The notes beneath the pieces are model-generated. The model saw only the letters and a program-made list of their open reading frames with translations. It searched no databases and was not told where the DNA came from. A stretch of 64,000 nucleotides of DNA from Pseudomonadales bacterium (GTDB taxonomy: Bacteria; Pseudomonadota; Gammaproteobacteria; Pseudomonadales; UBA5518), in contig JAJVIG010000002.1 in assembly GCA_022072145.1 (NCBI GenBank), positions 71,517 to 135,516 of the forward strand, in the 5' to 3' direction. Below, piece after piece: positions 31,960-40,562 of the stretch. Position 1 is the first letter of the stretch. Each line of letters opens with the position of its first letter. The translations under genes were made by a program, and so were the position numbers.

Positions 31960-33405
31960 ATGGATCGTCTGCTGCACCTGCTTCACGGAGGGCTCGGCAA
32001 CCTCGCGGCGTATCTCGCCGCGCACGTGCTGCTCTGCCTGGTGCCCGCCTTCTTCATCGCCGGCGCGATGACGGCGCTGATCCCCAAGCAGAGCATCACG
32101 CGCTGGCTGGGGCGTGGCACGCCGGGTCATGTCTCGTATCCCGCCGCCGCCGCCGCGGGTTCGCTGCTCGCGGTGTGTTCGTGCACCATCGTGCCGTTGT
32201 TCGCCGGCGTGTACCGCAAGGGCGCCGGCATCGGACCGGCGATCACCTTCCTGTTCTTCGCGCCCGCAGGCAATATCATGGCGATCGCGTACACCGGCGG
32301 CGTGCTGGGGCCAGAATTCGCTGCCGCCCGTTTCCTGCTCTGCCTGCTGTTCGGAATCGGCATCGGCCTGCTGATGGCATTGCTGTTCTGGCGTGACGAC
32401 CTGCGCCACGACCGCCAGACCGATGCGCTGTTCGCGGCGCACGCGAGCGTCGATCCGGTCGCCGTGCGCCTGCTGCTGGCACTGCTGGCGCTGCTCGTTG
32501 CCGGGACCTTGCGACTCTGGCCGCTGACCGCGACGCTGGCTTCGGTCCAGTTGCCGTTGGCGTGGGCCGAGTCGTGGCAGGACGTGCTGCTGCGCTGGGT
32601 GCCGTTCGACGCCGCGCAGGGCGAGGAGGGCGTCAGCTTCCAGGGTTCGGTGCTGATTGCGCTGCTGGTGCTGATCGCGCTGGTCGCGCGCCGTGGCCTG
32701 GACGATATCGTCGAGGGCGCCAACCGCTGGACCTGGGCCGCCCTCGCACTCGCGGGCGCGACGCTGCTGGTCGCGACGCTGCGCCTGCAGCCGGGCGGCG
32801 GACTCGAGGTGGCGATCACGGGGCGCTTCGTTGCCGAAGTGCTTGCGCTGGTCGCCGTGCTCCATTACGGCCGGCGTCTGGAGGCGGCGGCGTGGCAGGC
32901 GTGGCTGTGGGAATCGTGGCGTTTCGTGAAGCAGATCTTTCCGCTGCTGGTCGCCGGAGTGTTCCTGGTCGGGGTCGCGCGACAACTCATCCGTCCCGAA
33001 TGGATCGAGTCGCTGGCGGGACAGAACGATCTGCCTGCCAATGGCGTTGCCGTTTTCTTTGGCGTGTTCATGTACTTCCCCTCGCTGGTCGAGGTGGCGG
33101 TGGCGCACCTGTTCCTCGATCTCGGGATGCACCGCGGACCGTTGCTCGCCTACCTGATGGCCGATCCCGAACTCAGCCTGCAGAGCATGCTGATGGTGGC
33201 CGCCGTGATCGGACGCGCGCGCACCGCTGCCTACGTGGGTCTGGTCGCGGTGTTCAGCATCGCCGCCGGTCTGATCTACGGTGCGTGGATCGACGGTGCG
33301 AACCGCGCGCTGCTGGTGAGCGGTACGCTCGGCTTCGTGGCGCTGCTCGCACTGACGGTGGGCCGTCTGCATGCGCGCGCCGTCCGGGCAGGCGGCACCC
33401 CGTGA
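31960..33405 (+). CDS. COG0701-type permease (ArsP-like, vicinal Cys pair)
   Basis: It starts MDRLLHLLHGGLGNLAAYL and contains SLLAVCSCTIVPLFAGVYRKGAGIGPAITFLFFAP. An RBS GAGGAG lies upstream. At 481 aa it is longer than typical ArsP proteins. Confidence 0.7.
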   Translation: MDRLLHLLHGGLGNLAAYLAAHVLLCLVPAFFIAGAMTALIPKQSITRWLGRGTPGHVSYPAAAAAGSLLAVCSCTIVPLFAGVYRKGAGIGPAITFLFFAPAGNIMAIAYTGGVLGPEFAAARFLLCLLFGIGIGLLMALLFWRDDLRHDRQTDALFAAHASVDPVAVRLLLALLALLVAGTLRLWPLTATLASVQLPLAWAESWQDVLLRWVPFDAAQGEEGVSFQGSVLIALLVLIALVARRGLDDIVEGANRWTWAALALAGATLLVATLRLQPGGGLEVAITGRFVAEVLALVAVLHYGRRLEAAAWQAWLWESWRFVKQIFPLLVAGVFLVGVARQLIRPEWIESLAGQNDLPANGVAVFFGVFMYFPSLVEVAVAHLFLDLGMHRGPLLAYLMADPELSLQSMLMVAAVIGRARTAAYVGLVAVFSIAAGLIYGAWIDGANRALLVSGTLGFVALLALTVGRLHARAVRAGGTP

Positions 33406-33445
33406 GGCGAGTTCCTTTTCCGCAACGGTCGAGGGAGGTGGTGTC

Positions 33446-33691
33446 ATGGTGACGGTGAAGGTCCTGGGGCCCGGCTGCGCGAACTGCCGGAAGCTCGAAG
33501 CCGTGGTGCGCGAGGCGGCCGAAAGCAGCGGCATCGCCGCCGACGTGATCAAGGTCTCGGCGATGTCCGAAATCATGGCGTACGACCTGCTGGCGACCCC
33601 CGGCCTGGTGATCGACGGCCAGCTCGTGAGCAGCGGGCGCATACCCACGCGCGCCGAGATCGCCGGCTGGCTGCGGGATGCCGCCGGGTAG
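33446..33691 (+). CDS. small thioredoxin-fold protein (redox-active disulfide protein 2 / TM0996-MTH895 family)
   Basis: It starts MVTVKVLGPGCANCRKLE, which carries a CxxC motif, and contains ATPGLVIDG. An RBS GAGGGAGG lies upstream. Confidence 0.8.
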   Translation: MVTVKVLGPGCANCRKLEAVVREAAESSGIAADVIKVSAMSEIMAYDLLATPGLVIDGQLVSSGRIPTRAEIAGWLRDAAG

Positions 33692-33705
33692 CGAGGGTTC
33701 GCGGG

Positions 33706-33721
33706 GCTGGCGCAGGCCAGC
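33706..33721 (+). terminator. weak hairpin after the ars cluster
   Basis: GCTGGC-GCAG-GCCAGC lies 15 nt after the stop. There is no U-tract. Confidence 0.2.
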
Positions 33722-33785
33722 GGCCGATTGACACCGCAGCGGGGTGCCTCGTACGCTTTGCTTAACGAACGTTAGGTAAGGCAAT

Positions 33786-34397
33786 ATGAAGGCGCGTTCC
33801 GCGACACCCGAATCCGCCACACGTCTGCAGATTCTCGACCACGCGATCACACGCTTCGCGCAGTCCGGTTATGCGGGCGTGTCCATGCGCGACGTCGCCG
33901 GTGACGTGGGGATCAGCGCGGCTGCGTTGTATCACCATTTCCCGGACAAGCAGGCGCTCTACCTGGCAGCGATGGAGCAGGCTTTCGCGCGCAACCAGGA
34001 AGGCATCGTCGCGATGCTCGAGAGCCAGCTGCCGCCGCTCGAGCGGCTCGCGCTGTTCGTGCACCGTTTCGCCGCGCTGGTGGCGCGCGACGAGGAGTTC
34101 CGCAAGCTGGTGCAGCGCGAGCTGCTCGATGCCGATGCGGCGCGCATCGCACTGTTGGTCGAGCAGGTATTCCGCAAGCCGCACGATGCCATCGTCGCGC
34201 TGGCCCGCGAGCTGGTGACCGACCTCGATCCCTACCTGCTCGCCGATTCGGTGATCGGCATGGTGCTGTTCGATCACCAGTCCGCGCCGCTGCGTCGCCA
34301 CGTGCGCGGACGCGCTCTCGCCGCCGATCGCCCCGAGGCGATCGCGCGGCACGTAACCGCGCTGGTCACCCGCGCCGTAGCCCGCCAGGATCGCTGA
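33786..34397 (+). CDS. TetR/AcrR-family transcriptional regulator
   Basis: Its HTH reads ILDHAITRFAQSGYAGVSMRDVAGDVGISAAALYHHFPDKQALY. Confidence 0.88.
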   Translation: MKARSATPESATRLQILDHAITRFAQSGYAGVSMRDVAGDVGISAAALYHHFPDKQALYLAAMEQAFARNQEGIVAMLESQLPPLERLALFVHRFAALVARDEEFRKLVQRELLDADAARIALLVEQVFRKPHDAIVALARELVTDLDPYLLADSVIGMVLFDHQSAPLRRHVRGRALAADRPEAIARHVTALVTRAVARQDR

Positions 34398-34398
34398 G

Positions 34399-35490
34399 AT
34401 GACTACATCACGATGCCTCGTTTCGCTGCCGCGCGCCGCGCTGCTGCTGTGTGTTGCCGCGCTGCTGGCGGGCTGTTCGCGCGAGCCGGCCCCGCCGCCG
34501 CCGCAGGGCACGCTGGTGGGGACCGCGCGTGCGCTGACGCAAGACGTGCCGGTGGTGGCGACCTCGATCGGACGGCTCGAGAGCCGCGCCGCGCCGCAGG
34601 TGGCTGCCGAGATCGATGCCCGCGTGCTGCGGCTCGCGGTCGACGAGGGCGACACGGTGCGCGCCGGCGACACGCTGGCCGAACTCGACGCCACGCCGTA
34701 TGCCCTCGAACTGAAGGCCGCCGGCGCCGAGCTCGCGCGCGTCGGCGCGTTGCTGGCGAACGAGGAGCGGCGCGTGAAGCGCTTCGAGGAACTCGCCGCC
34801 CGGGGTTCGATCTCGCGCGAGCAGCTCGACGACGCGCGGGCCCAGGTCGCGATGCTGCGCGCGCAGCGCGACGCAACCGTGGCCCGGGCGCGTATCGCCG
34901 AGGACCAGCACGCGCGGACCAGCGTGCGCGCACCGCTGGCCGGGCGCATCGAGCGGCGGCTGGTGTCAGCCGGTGATTTCGCGCGCCGCGGTACGCCGCT
35001 GTTCGCGATCGCCACCAGCGACGCGCTGCGCGCGCTGCTGCCGGTGCCGGAACCGCTGGCGCGCGAGATCACGCCCGGACTCGCGGTCGAGCTCGACTCG
35101 CCGCTGACGCCCGGGCGCCGGCTGGCGGGGCGGGTCACCGAGCTGCGCCCGGCGGTGGGGGAAACGAACCGCGCGGTGTGGGTGATCGTCGACGTCGACG
35201 ATGCCGGCGACTGGCGCCCGGAGGCGACGGTGCGCGCGCGCATCGTGCTGCGCACCCGCACGGACGCCGTCGTCGTGCCGGCGCAGAGCGTGGTGCGCCG
35301 CCCGGCGGGCGAGGTGGTCTATGCGATCGCCGACGGCAAGGCCGCGCAGCGCGTGGTCACGACCGGCGAGCGCATCGACGGTCTGGTCGAGATACACGAG
35401 GGCCTCGCGGCGGGAGAGACGGTGGCGGTCGAGGGGGCGGCTTATCTGAGCGACGGCGCGCCGGTACGCCTGGCGGAGTCCGCGCCGTGA
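34399..35490 (+). CDS. efflux RND periplasmic adaptor subunit
   Basis: It has a lipobox (ALLAGC) and an MFP coiled-coil and barrel pattern. It starts 1 nt after the tetR stop. Confidence 0.85.
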   Translation: MTTSRCLVSLPRAALLLCVAALLAGCSREPAPPPPQGTLVGTARALTQDVPVVATSIGRLESRAAPQVAAEIDARVLRLAVDEGDTVRAGDTLAELDATPYALELKAAGAELARVGALLANEERRVKRFEELAARGSISREQLDDARAQVAMLRAQRDATVARARIAEDQHARTSVRAPLAGRIERRLVSAGDFARRGTPLFAIATSDALRALLPVPEPLAREITPGLAVELDSPLTPGRRLAGRVTELRPAVGETNRAVWVIVDVDDAGDWRPEATVRARIVLRTRTDAVVVPAQSVVRRPAGEVVYAIADGKAAQRVVTTGERIDGLVEIHEGLAAGETVAVEGAAYLSDGAPVRLAESAP

Positions 35491-38400
35491 ACCTGCCCGA
35501 ACTCTCCGTGCGCCGGCATGTGCTGGCGTACATGCTGTCGGCCGTGATGGTGTTGTTCGGCCTGATCAGCTTCGATCGCATCGGGCTCGACCGCTTCCCG
35601 GAAGCCGAATTCCCGATGATCTCGGTGGTCACCAGCCTGCCCGGCGCGAACCCGGACATCGTCGATTCCAGCGTGACCAACACGATCGAGAAGGCGGTCA
35701 ACGGCGTCTCCGGTATCGAGCACGTCGAGTCGATCTCGGCGCCCGCGCTCTCGGTGGTGCGCGCGCGCTTCGCGATGGAGAAGGATATCGACGTCGCGTT
35801 CAACGAGATCCAGGCGAAGATCAACCAGGTGCTGACGAAGCTGCCCGACGAGGCCGAGTCGCCGGTGGTGGCGAAGATCGAGATCGGAGGTGCGCCGGTG
35901 ATGTGGCTGGCGCTGACCGGCGACCGCACGCTGCAGCAGCTCAACCTCTACGCCGAGAACAAGATCAAGAAGCGGCTGGAGACGATCAGCGGCGTCGGCG
36001 AGGTGCGCATCGGCGGCGAGCGCGAGCGCACGATCCGCGTCGAGCTCGAACTCGACCGCATGACCGCCTACGGCATCACGGTGCAGGATCTCATGAACGC
36101 GTTCACCCGCGAGCACGTGCGCCTGCCCGGCGGTTTCCTGGTCGGGGGCAGGGGCGAGGAGCTGCTGAAGGCCGACCTCGAGTTCCACGACCTGCACACG
36201 CTGGCGGCAATGATCGTCACGCACCGCGAGGGTGCGCCGATCCGCCTGCGCGACGTGGCGCGCGTGGACGACGCGCTCGAGGACTTCCGCGTGCTGGCGC
36301 GCTTCGACGGCGAGCCGGCGGTCGGCATCGGCATCGTGCGCGTGCGTGGCGCCAACGCGGTGGCGATCGTCGACGAGGTGAAGCGGCGGCTGGAGACCGA
36401 GATCGTGCCGGCGCTTCCGCCCGGGCTCGAACTGCGCATCGCGCACAACGAGGGCGCGCTGGTCGAGCAGATCGCGGCGGCGCTCGAGGAGCACATCGTG
36501 CTCGGTACGCTGCTGACCGCGCTGGTGGTGCTGTTCTTCCTTCGCAACCTGCGCGCCACCGTGATCATCGCCGCGGCGATCCCGGTGTCGCTGCTGGGCG
36601 CGGTCGCGGTGATCTATTTCCTCGGCTACACGTTCAACACGATGACGCTGCTCGGGCTGCTGCTGCTGATCGGCGTGGTCGTCGACGACGCGATCGTGGT
36701 GCTCGAGAGCATCTTCCGCCACGGCGAGACGCAGGGATCCGATCGCATCACGGCGACCGTCGAGGGAACGCGCGAGGTCACGCTGGCGGTGGTCGCGGCC
36801 ACGCTGACACTGGTGTCGATCTTCGCGCCGGTGGTGTTCATGGAGGGCATCGTCGCGCGCATGTTCCGCTCGATGGCGGTGGTGGTGGCGGTGGGCGTGC
36901 TGGTCTCGTTGCTGGTGTCGCTGACGCTGACGCCGATGCTGTGTTCGCGCCATCTGCGCCTGCACTCGAGTGCCACGTCGCTGTCGCGGCGGCTCGGTGG
37001 GCTGCTCGATGCGCTGGAGGCGCGCTATGCGGGGCTGCTCGCGCTCGCGTTGCGCGCACGCTGGTCGGTGGTGCTGCTCACGCTGCTCGCGGTGCTGTCG
37101 AGCGGCTGGCTGTTCGGCAGCATCGGCAAGGGCTTCTTCCCGATCCAGGACGACGGCTACTTCCTGATCACGGTCAAGGTGCCGATCGGCTCCTCGATCG
37201 AGAACACCTCGGAACGCCTGGCGCGCATCGAGGAGGTGCTGGCGCGCCAGTCGGAGATCGCCGGGTACTTCTCGACGGTCGGGCAGGACCAGGCGCGGCA
37301 GGTGAACCAGGCGAACGTGATCGTGCACCTGAAGCCGTGGCACGAACGCGCCGCCTCGCAGCACCAGATCATCCAGCGCGTGGAGCGCGAGTTTGCCGCC
37401 GTGCCCGGTGTCGAAGCGTTTCCGGCGCCGGCCTCGCCCATCGGCGGCATGCGCGGCGAGCCGCTGCACTTCGTTCTGGTGGGCCCGCAACTCGACGAGG
37501 TGGCCAGCAAGGCCTATGCGTTGCGCGAGCGGTTGCTGCAGGAAGGCACCTTGGGCAAGCTGGACCTCGATCTGCAACTCAGCCTGCCGCAGCTGGAGCT
37601 CGAGGTGGATCGCGACCAGCTTGCGGCCGTGGGGTTGTCGGCGCGCGACGTGGCGCTGGCGCTCGGCGTGCTCGCCGGTGGACGCGACGTCGCGGACTAC
37701 AACGACGTTCCGGGTGACGGTGAACGTTACCGCATCCGCCTGAAGGCGGCCGAGGGCGAGCTTGCGCACGCGGGGGACCTGACGCGGATCTGGCTGCGCA
37801 CGCCGGACGGCGGGATGCTGCGCCTGGACAGCGTGGCGACGCTGCGCCACACGGTCGCCCCGGCGGTGATCGCGCGCTACGACCTCGAATACGCCGCGAA
37901 CTTCTACACCGCGCCGACCGTGACCGATTCGGAAGCCGCGTCGCGGCTGATGGAAGTGGCCGCGGAGAGCATGACGCCGGGCTATCGCGTGAAACTTGCC
38001 GGCCGTGCCGAGGAGTTCCAGAAAACCGCGAAGTACATGGCGATCACCTTCGTCACCGCCATCCTGCTCGTTTACATGGTGCTCGCCAGCCAGTTCAACT
38101 CCTTCGTGCAACCGCTGATCGTGATGCTCGCGCAGCCACTGGCGATCATCGGCGGCGTGTTCGCGCTGTGGGCCAGCGACCACACCGTGAACCTGTTCTC
38201 GATGATCGGTCTGGTGCTGCTGGTGGGGTTGGTGGCCAAGAACTCGATCCTGCTGATCGACCTCACCAACCAGCTGCGGGCGCAGGGAATCGCGGTCGAC
38301 GACGCGCTCGCCACCGCGTGTCCGATCCGCATGCGGCCGGTGCTGATGACCTCGTTCACGATCGTCCTCGCGATGCTGCCGGCGGCGCTCGGCGTGGGCG

Positions 38401-38573
38401 CCGGCTCCGACACCAACGGCCCGCTCGCGGTCGCGGTGATCGGTGGCATGATCAGCTCGACGCTGCTGACGCTGGTCGTGGTGCCGGCGGTGTATTCGCT
38501 GGTCGAGCGCCGGCGGGGGCTGCTAAGGAGTGATGCCGGCCGCAGTCAGAGCCTCGCGCATCGCGCGCCATGA
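35487..38573 (+). CDS. efflux RND transporter permease subunit
   Basis: The start overlaps the adaptor stop as GTGA. It begins VNLPELSVRRHVLAYMLS, contains LLLIGVVVDDAIVVLESI and LVGLVAKNSILLIDL, and is 1028 aa long. Confidence 0.9.
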   Translation: MNLPELSVRRHVLAYMLSAVMVLFGLISFDRIGLDRFPEAEFPMISVVTSLPGANPDIVDSSVTNTIEKAVNGVSGIEHVESISAPALSVVRARFAMEKDIDVAFNEIQAKINQVLTKLPDEAESPVVAKIEIGGAPVMWLALTGDRTLQQLNLYAENKIKKRLETISGVGEVRIGGERERTIRVELELDRMTAYGITVQDLMNAFTREHVRLPGGFLVGGRGEELLKADLEFHDLHTLAAMIVTHREGAPIRLRDVARVDDALEDFRVLARFDGEPAVGIGIVRVRGANAVAIVDEVKRRLETEIVPALPPGLELRIAHNEGALVEQIAAALEEHIVLGTLLTALVVLFFLRNLRATVIIAAAIPVSLLGAVAVIYFLGYTFNTMTLLGLLLLIGVVVDDAIVVLESIFRHGETQGSDRITATVEGTREVTLAVVAATLTLVSIFAPVVFMEGIVARMFRSMAVVVAVGVLVSLLVSLTLTPMLCSRHLRLHSSATSLSRRLGGLLDALEARYAGLLALALRARWSVVLLTLLAVLSSGWLFGSIGKGFFPIQDDGYFLITVKVPIGSSIENTSERLARIEEVLARQSEIAGYFSTVGQDQARQVNQANVIVHLKPWHERAASQHQIIQRVEREFAAVPGVEAFPAPASPIGGMRGEPLHFVLVGPQLDEVASKAYALRERLLQEGTLGKLDLDLQLSLPQLELEVDRDQLAAVGLSARDVALALGVLAGGRDVADYNDVPGDGERYRIRLKAAEGELAHAGDLTRIWLRTPDGGMLRLDSVATLRHTVAPAVIARYDLEYAANFYTAPTVTDSEAASRLMEVAAESMTPGYRVKLAGRAEEFQKTAKYMAITFVTAILLVYMVLASQFNSFVQPLIVMLAQPLAIIGGVFALWASDHTVNLFSMIGLVLLVGLVAKNSILLIDLTNQLRAQGIAVDDALATACPIRMRPVLMTSFTIVLAMLPAALGVGAGSDTNGPLAVAVIGGMISSTLLTLVVVPAVYSLVERRRGLLRSDAGRSQSLAHRAP

Positions 38574-39251
38574 GCGTGCATCGGCAGCGGCATCGAAGCG
38601 CGCGAAGTCCGGGCGGCCCAGCGCGGCGGCGGCGCGGTTCGTGAAGCCGTGCACCACCCCGCCGTAGAGGTGCAGTTGCCAGTCCACCGATGCGGCGCGC
38701 ATCTCGTCCTCGAACGCCGCGCGCTCGCTGGCAGGGATCGCGGGATCGTCGGCGCCGATGCACACCAGCACGCTGCCCCGGATCCGTGCCGCATCGTCCG
38801 GCACCGGGGTGGCAAGTCCGCAGTGGAAACCGATCGTGGCGCGGATCGCCGCGCCGCTGCGCGCGAGTTCGAGTGCCATGGTGCCGCCGAAGCAGTAGCC
38901 GATCGCTGCCACGCGTTGCGTGTCCACTTCGGGACGCGCGTTGAGCGCCTGCAGCGCGGCGACGGTGCGCGCACGGATACGCGACACATCGGCGCGCAGC
39001 GGAGCGATCAGTTCCATCACCTGCTCGAGCGAGTCGTGGCGGCGGCCTTCGCCGTGCAGATCGCAGGCGAGTGCCACGTATCCCTCGTGCGCCAGCCGCT
39101 CGGCGCGCATCCGCACGTGCTCGCCGATGCCCCACGCCTCGGGAAACAGCAGCACCGCGGGGCACCCGCCGCCGGCGGCCCCGGGCGGCAGGTACAGGTC
39201 ACTCAGCATCGGCAGGTCGTCGGCCGTGTAGTCGAGAGTGATGGCGTGCAT
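38523..39251 (-). CDS. dienelactone hydrolase family protein
   Basis: It has an alpha/beta-hydrolase nucleophile elbow (GYCFGG) and the motif ACDLHGEG. The 3' end overlaps the convergent RND gene by 51 nt. Confidence 0.8.
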   Translation of the reverse strand: MHAITLDYTADDLPMLSDLYLPPGAAGGGCPAVLLFPEAWGIGEHVRMRAERLAHEGYVALACDLHGEGRRHDSLEQVMELIAPLRADVSRIRARTVAALQALNARPEVDTQRVAAIGYCFGGTMALELARSGAAIRATIGFHCGLATPVPDDAARIRGSVLVCIGADDPAIPASERAAFEDEMRAASVDWQLHLYGGVVHGFTNRAAAALGRPDFARFDAAADARSWRAMREALTAAGITP

Positions 39252-39475
39252 GGGGCGTGCTCCCGCAAGGATCGTGTACAGGTCGGTGTCGCAACAGCGT
39301 TCACCAGGCGACGGTGCCAGCGTGCGGCGGTGATTTCACACCCGTGGGATGCCGTGAATACATCCCTATGCCGGCCTACGATGTCTGGACTATACACGAT
39401 GGCCTTTGCATGGACGGTGCCGGCTGTGGCAACGTGGCGCACTCGGCATTTCTTCATGACAAGGAGTAACCGACC

Positions 39476-40549
39476 ATGGACCCAGCGGCACCGGCAGTGG
39501 ACATGGAGCGCCTGCAAGGCTTCGTCGGCAAGGTCATGGGGGACATCGGCGGCGCCTTCGCGCTGCTGCTGTCGTACATGGGGGACCAGACGGGAGTATT
39601 CCGTGCGCTGCGCGACCACGGGCCGTGCACCGTCACGCAGCTCGCCACCGCGGCGGGTGTGGACGAACGCTACCTGCGCGAGTGGCTGAGCGCGATGGCA
39701 GCCGGTGGCTACGTGGAGTACCGGCCGGCGGACGAGACCTTCGCGATGACGCCGGAACAGGCGATCGTGCTCGCGGCCGAAGGCCATCCCGCATGCATGC
39801 AGGGCTTCTTCCAGATGGTGGTCTCGCAGTTCGCCACGCACGACCAGGCGGTCGAGGTATTCCGCTCCGGTGCCGGGCGACCGTGGTCCGCCCACCATTC
39901 CTGCTGCTTCTGCGGCACCGATCGCTTCTTCCGCGCCGGCTACGCCGCGAGCCTGGTCGATGCCTGGCTGCCGGCGCTGGACGGGATGGTCGGGCGCCTG
40001 CAGCGTGGTGCGCGCGTGGCCGATGTGGGCTGCGGTCACGGCTCCTCGACGGTGTTGATGGCGCAGGCGTTTCCGGCATCGCGTTTCGTGGGTTTCGATT
40101 TCCACGGCCCCTCGATCGAATCCGCGCGCGGCAAGGCTGCCGCGGCGGGCGTCGGCGGCAACACCGAGTTCGTGGTTGCGTCGGCGAAGCAGATCGGCCC
40201 CGCAGGCTTCGACCTGGTGTGCATGTTCGATTCGCTGCACGACATGGGTGATCCGGTGGGCGTGGCGCGCCGCGTGCGCGACTGCCTGGCGCCCGACGGC
40301 ATCTTCATGCTGGTCGAGCCGCTTGCCGGCGACCGGCTCGCGGACAACCTGCACGTGCTCGGGCAGTTGTTCTATTCGGCGTCCACGCTGGTGTGCACGC
40401 CGACCTCGCGCGCACAGGAGGTGGGGCTGGCGCTGGGCGCGCAGGCCGGCGAGAAGCGCCTGAGCGCCGTGCTGCGCGAGGCGGGATTCACCGGCGTGCG
40501 CCGCGTCGCGGAGACGGCGACCAACATGGTGCTCGAAGCGCGGCCCTGA
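39476..40549 (+). CDS. class I SAM-dependent methyltransferase with an N-terminal winged-helix domain
   Basis: It has SAM motif I (VADVGCGHGSS) and the motif DLVCMFDSLHDM. An RBS AAGGAG lies upstream. Confidence 0.85.
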   Translation: MDPAAPAVDMERLQGFVGKVMGDIGGAFALLLSYMGDQTGVFRALRDHGPCTVTQLATAAGVDERYLREWLSAMAAGGYVEYRPADETFAMTPEQAIVLAAEGHPACMQGFFQMVVSQFATHDQAVEVFRSGAGRPWSAHHSCCFCGTDRFFRAGYAASLVDAWLPALDGMVGRLQRGARVADVGCGHGSSTVLMAQAFPASRFVGFDFHGPSIESARGKAAAAGVGGNTEFVVASAKQIGPAGFDLVCMFDSLHDMGDPVGVARRVRDCLAPDGIFMLVEPLAGDRLADNLHVLGQLFYSASTLVCTPTSRAQEVGLALGAQAGEKRLSAVLREAGFTGVRRVAETATNMVLEARP

Positions 40550-40562
40550 GCGGGCCGCGCGT

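Noticed and set aside
30676-33405. A 909-aa ORF spanning arsJ and the permease
   Set aside because: The first ~428 codons are an alternative frame of arsJ with an Arg/Ala-rich nonsense translation. Real coding starts at ATG 31960, which has a GAGGAG RBS.
33740-33785. AT-rich TTGCTTAACGAACGTTAGGTAAGGCAA upstream of the tetR / RND-2 operon as a defined TetR operator
   Set aside because: Only a central AACGTT and loose outer symmetry (CTTA...TAAG) are present. It may well be the promoter or operator, but the dyad is too imperfect to call a specific site.
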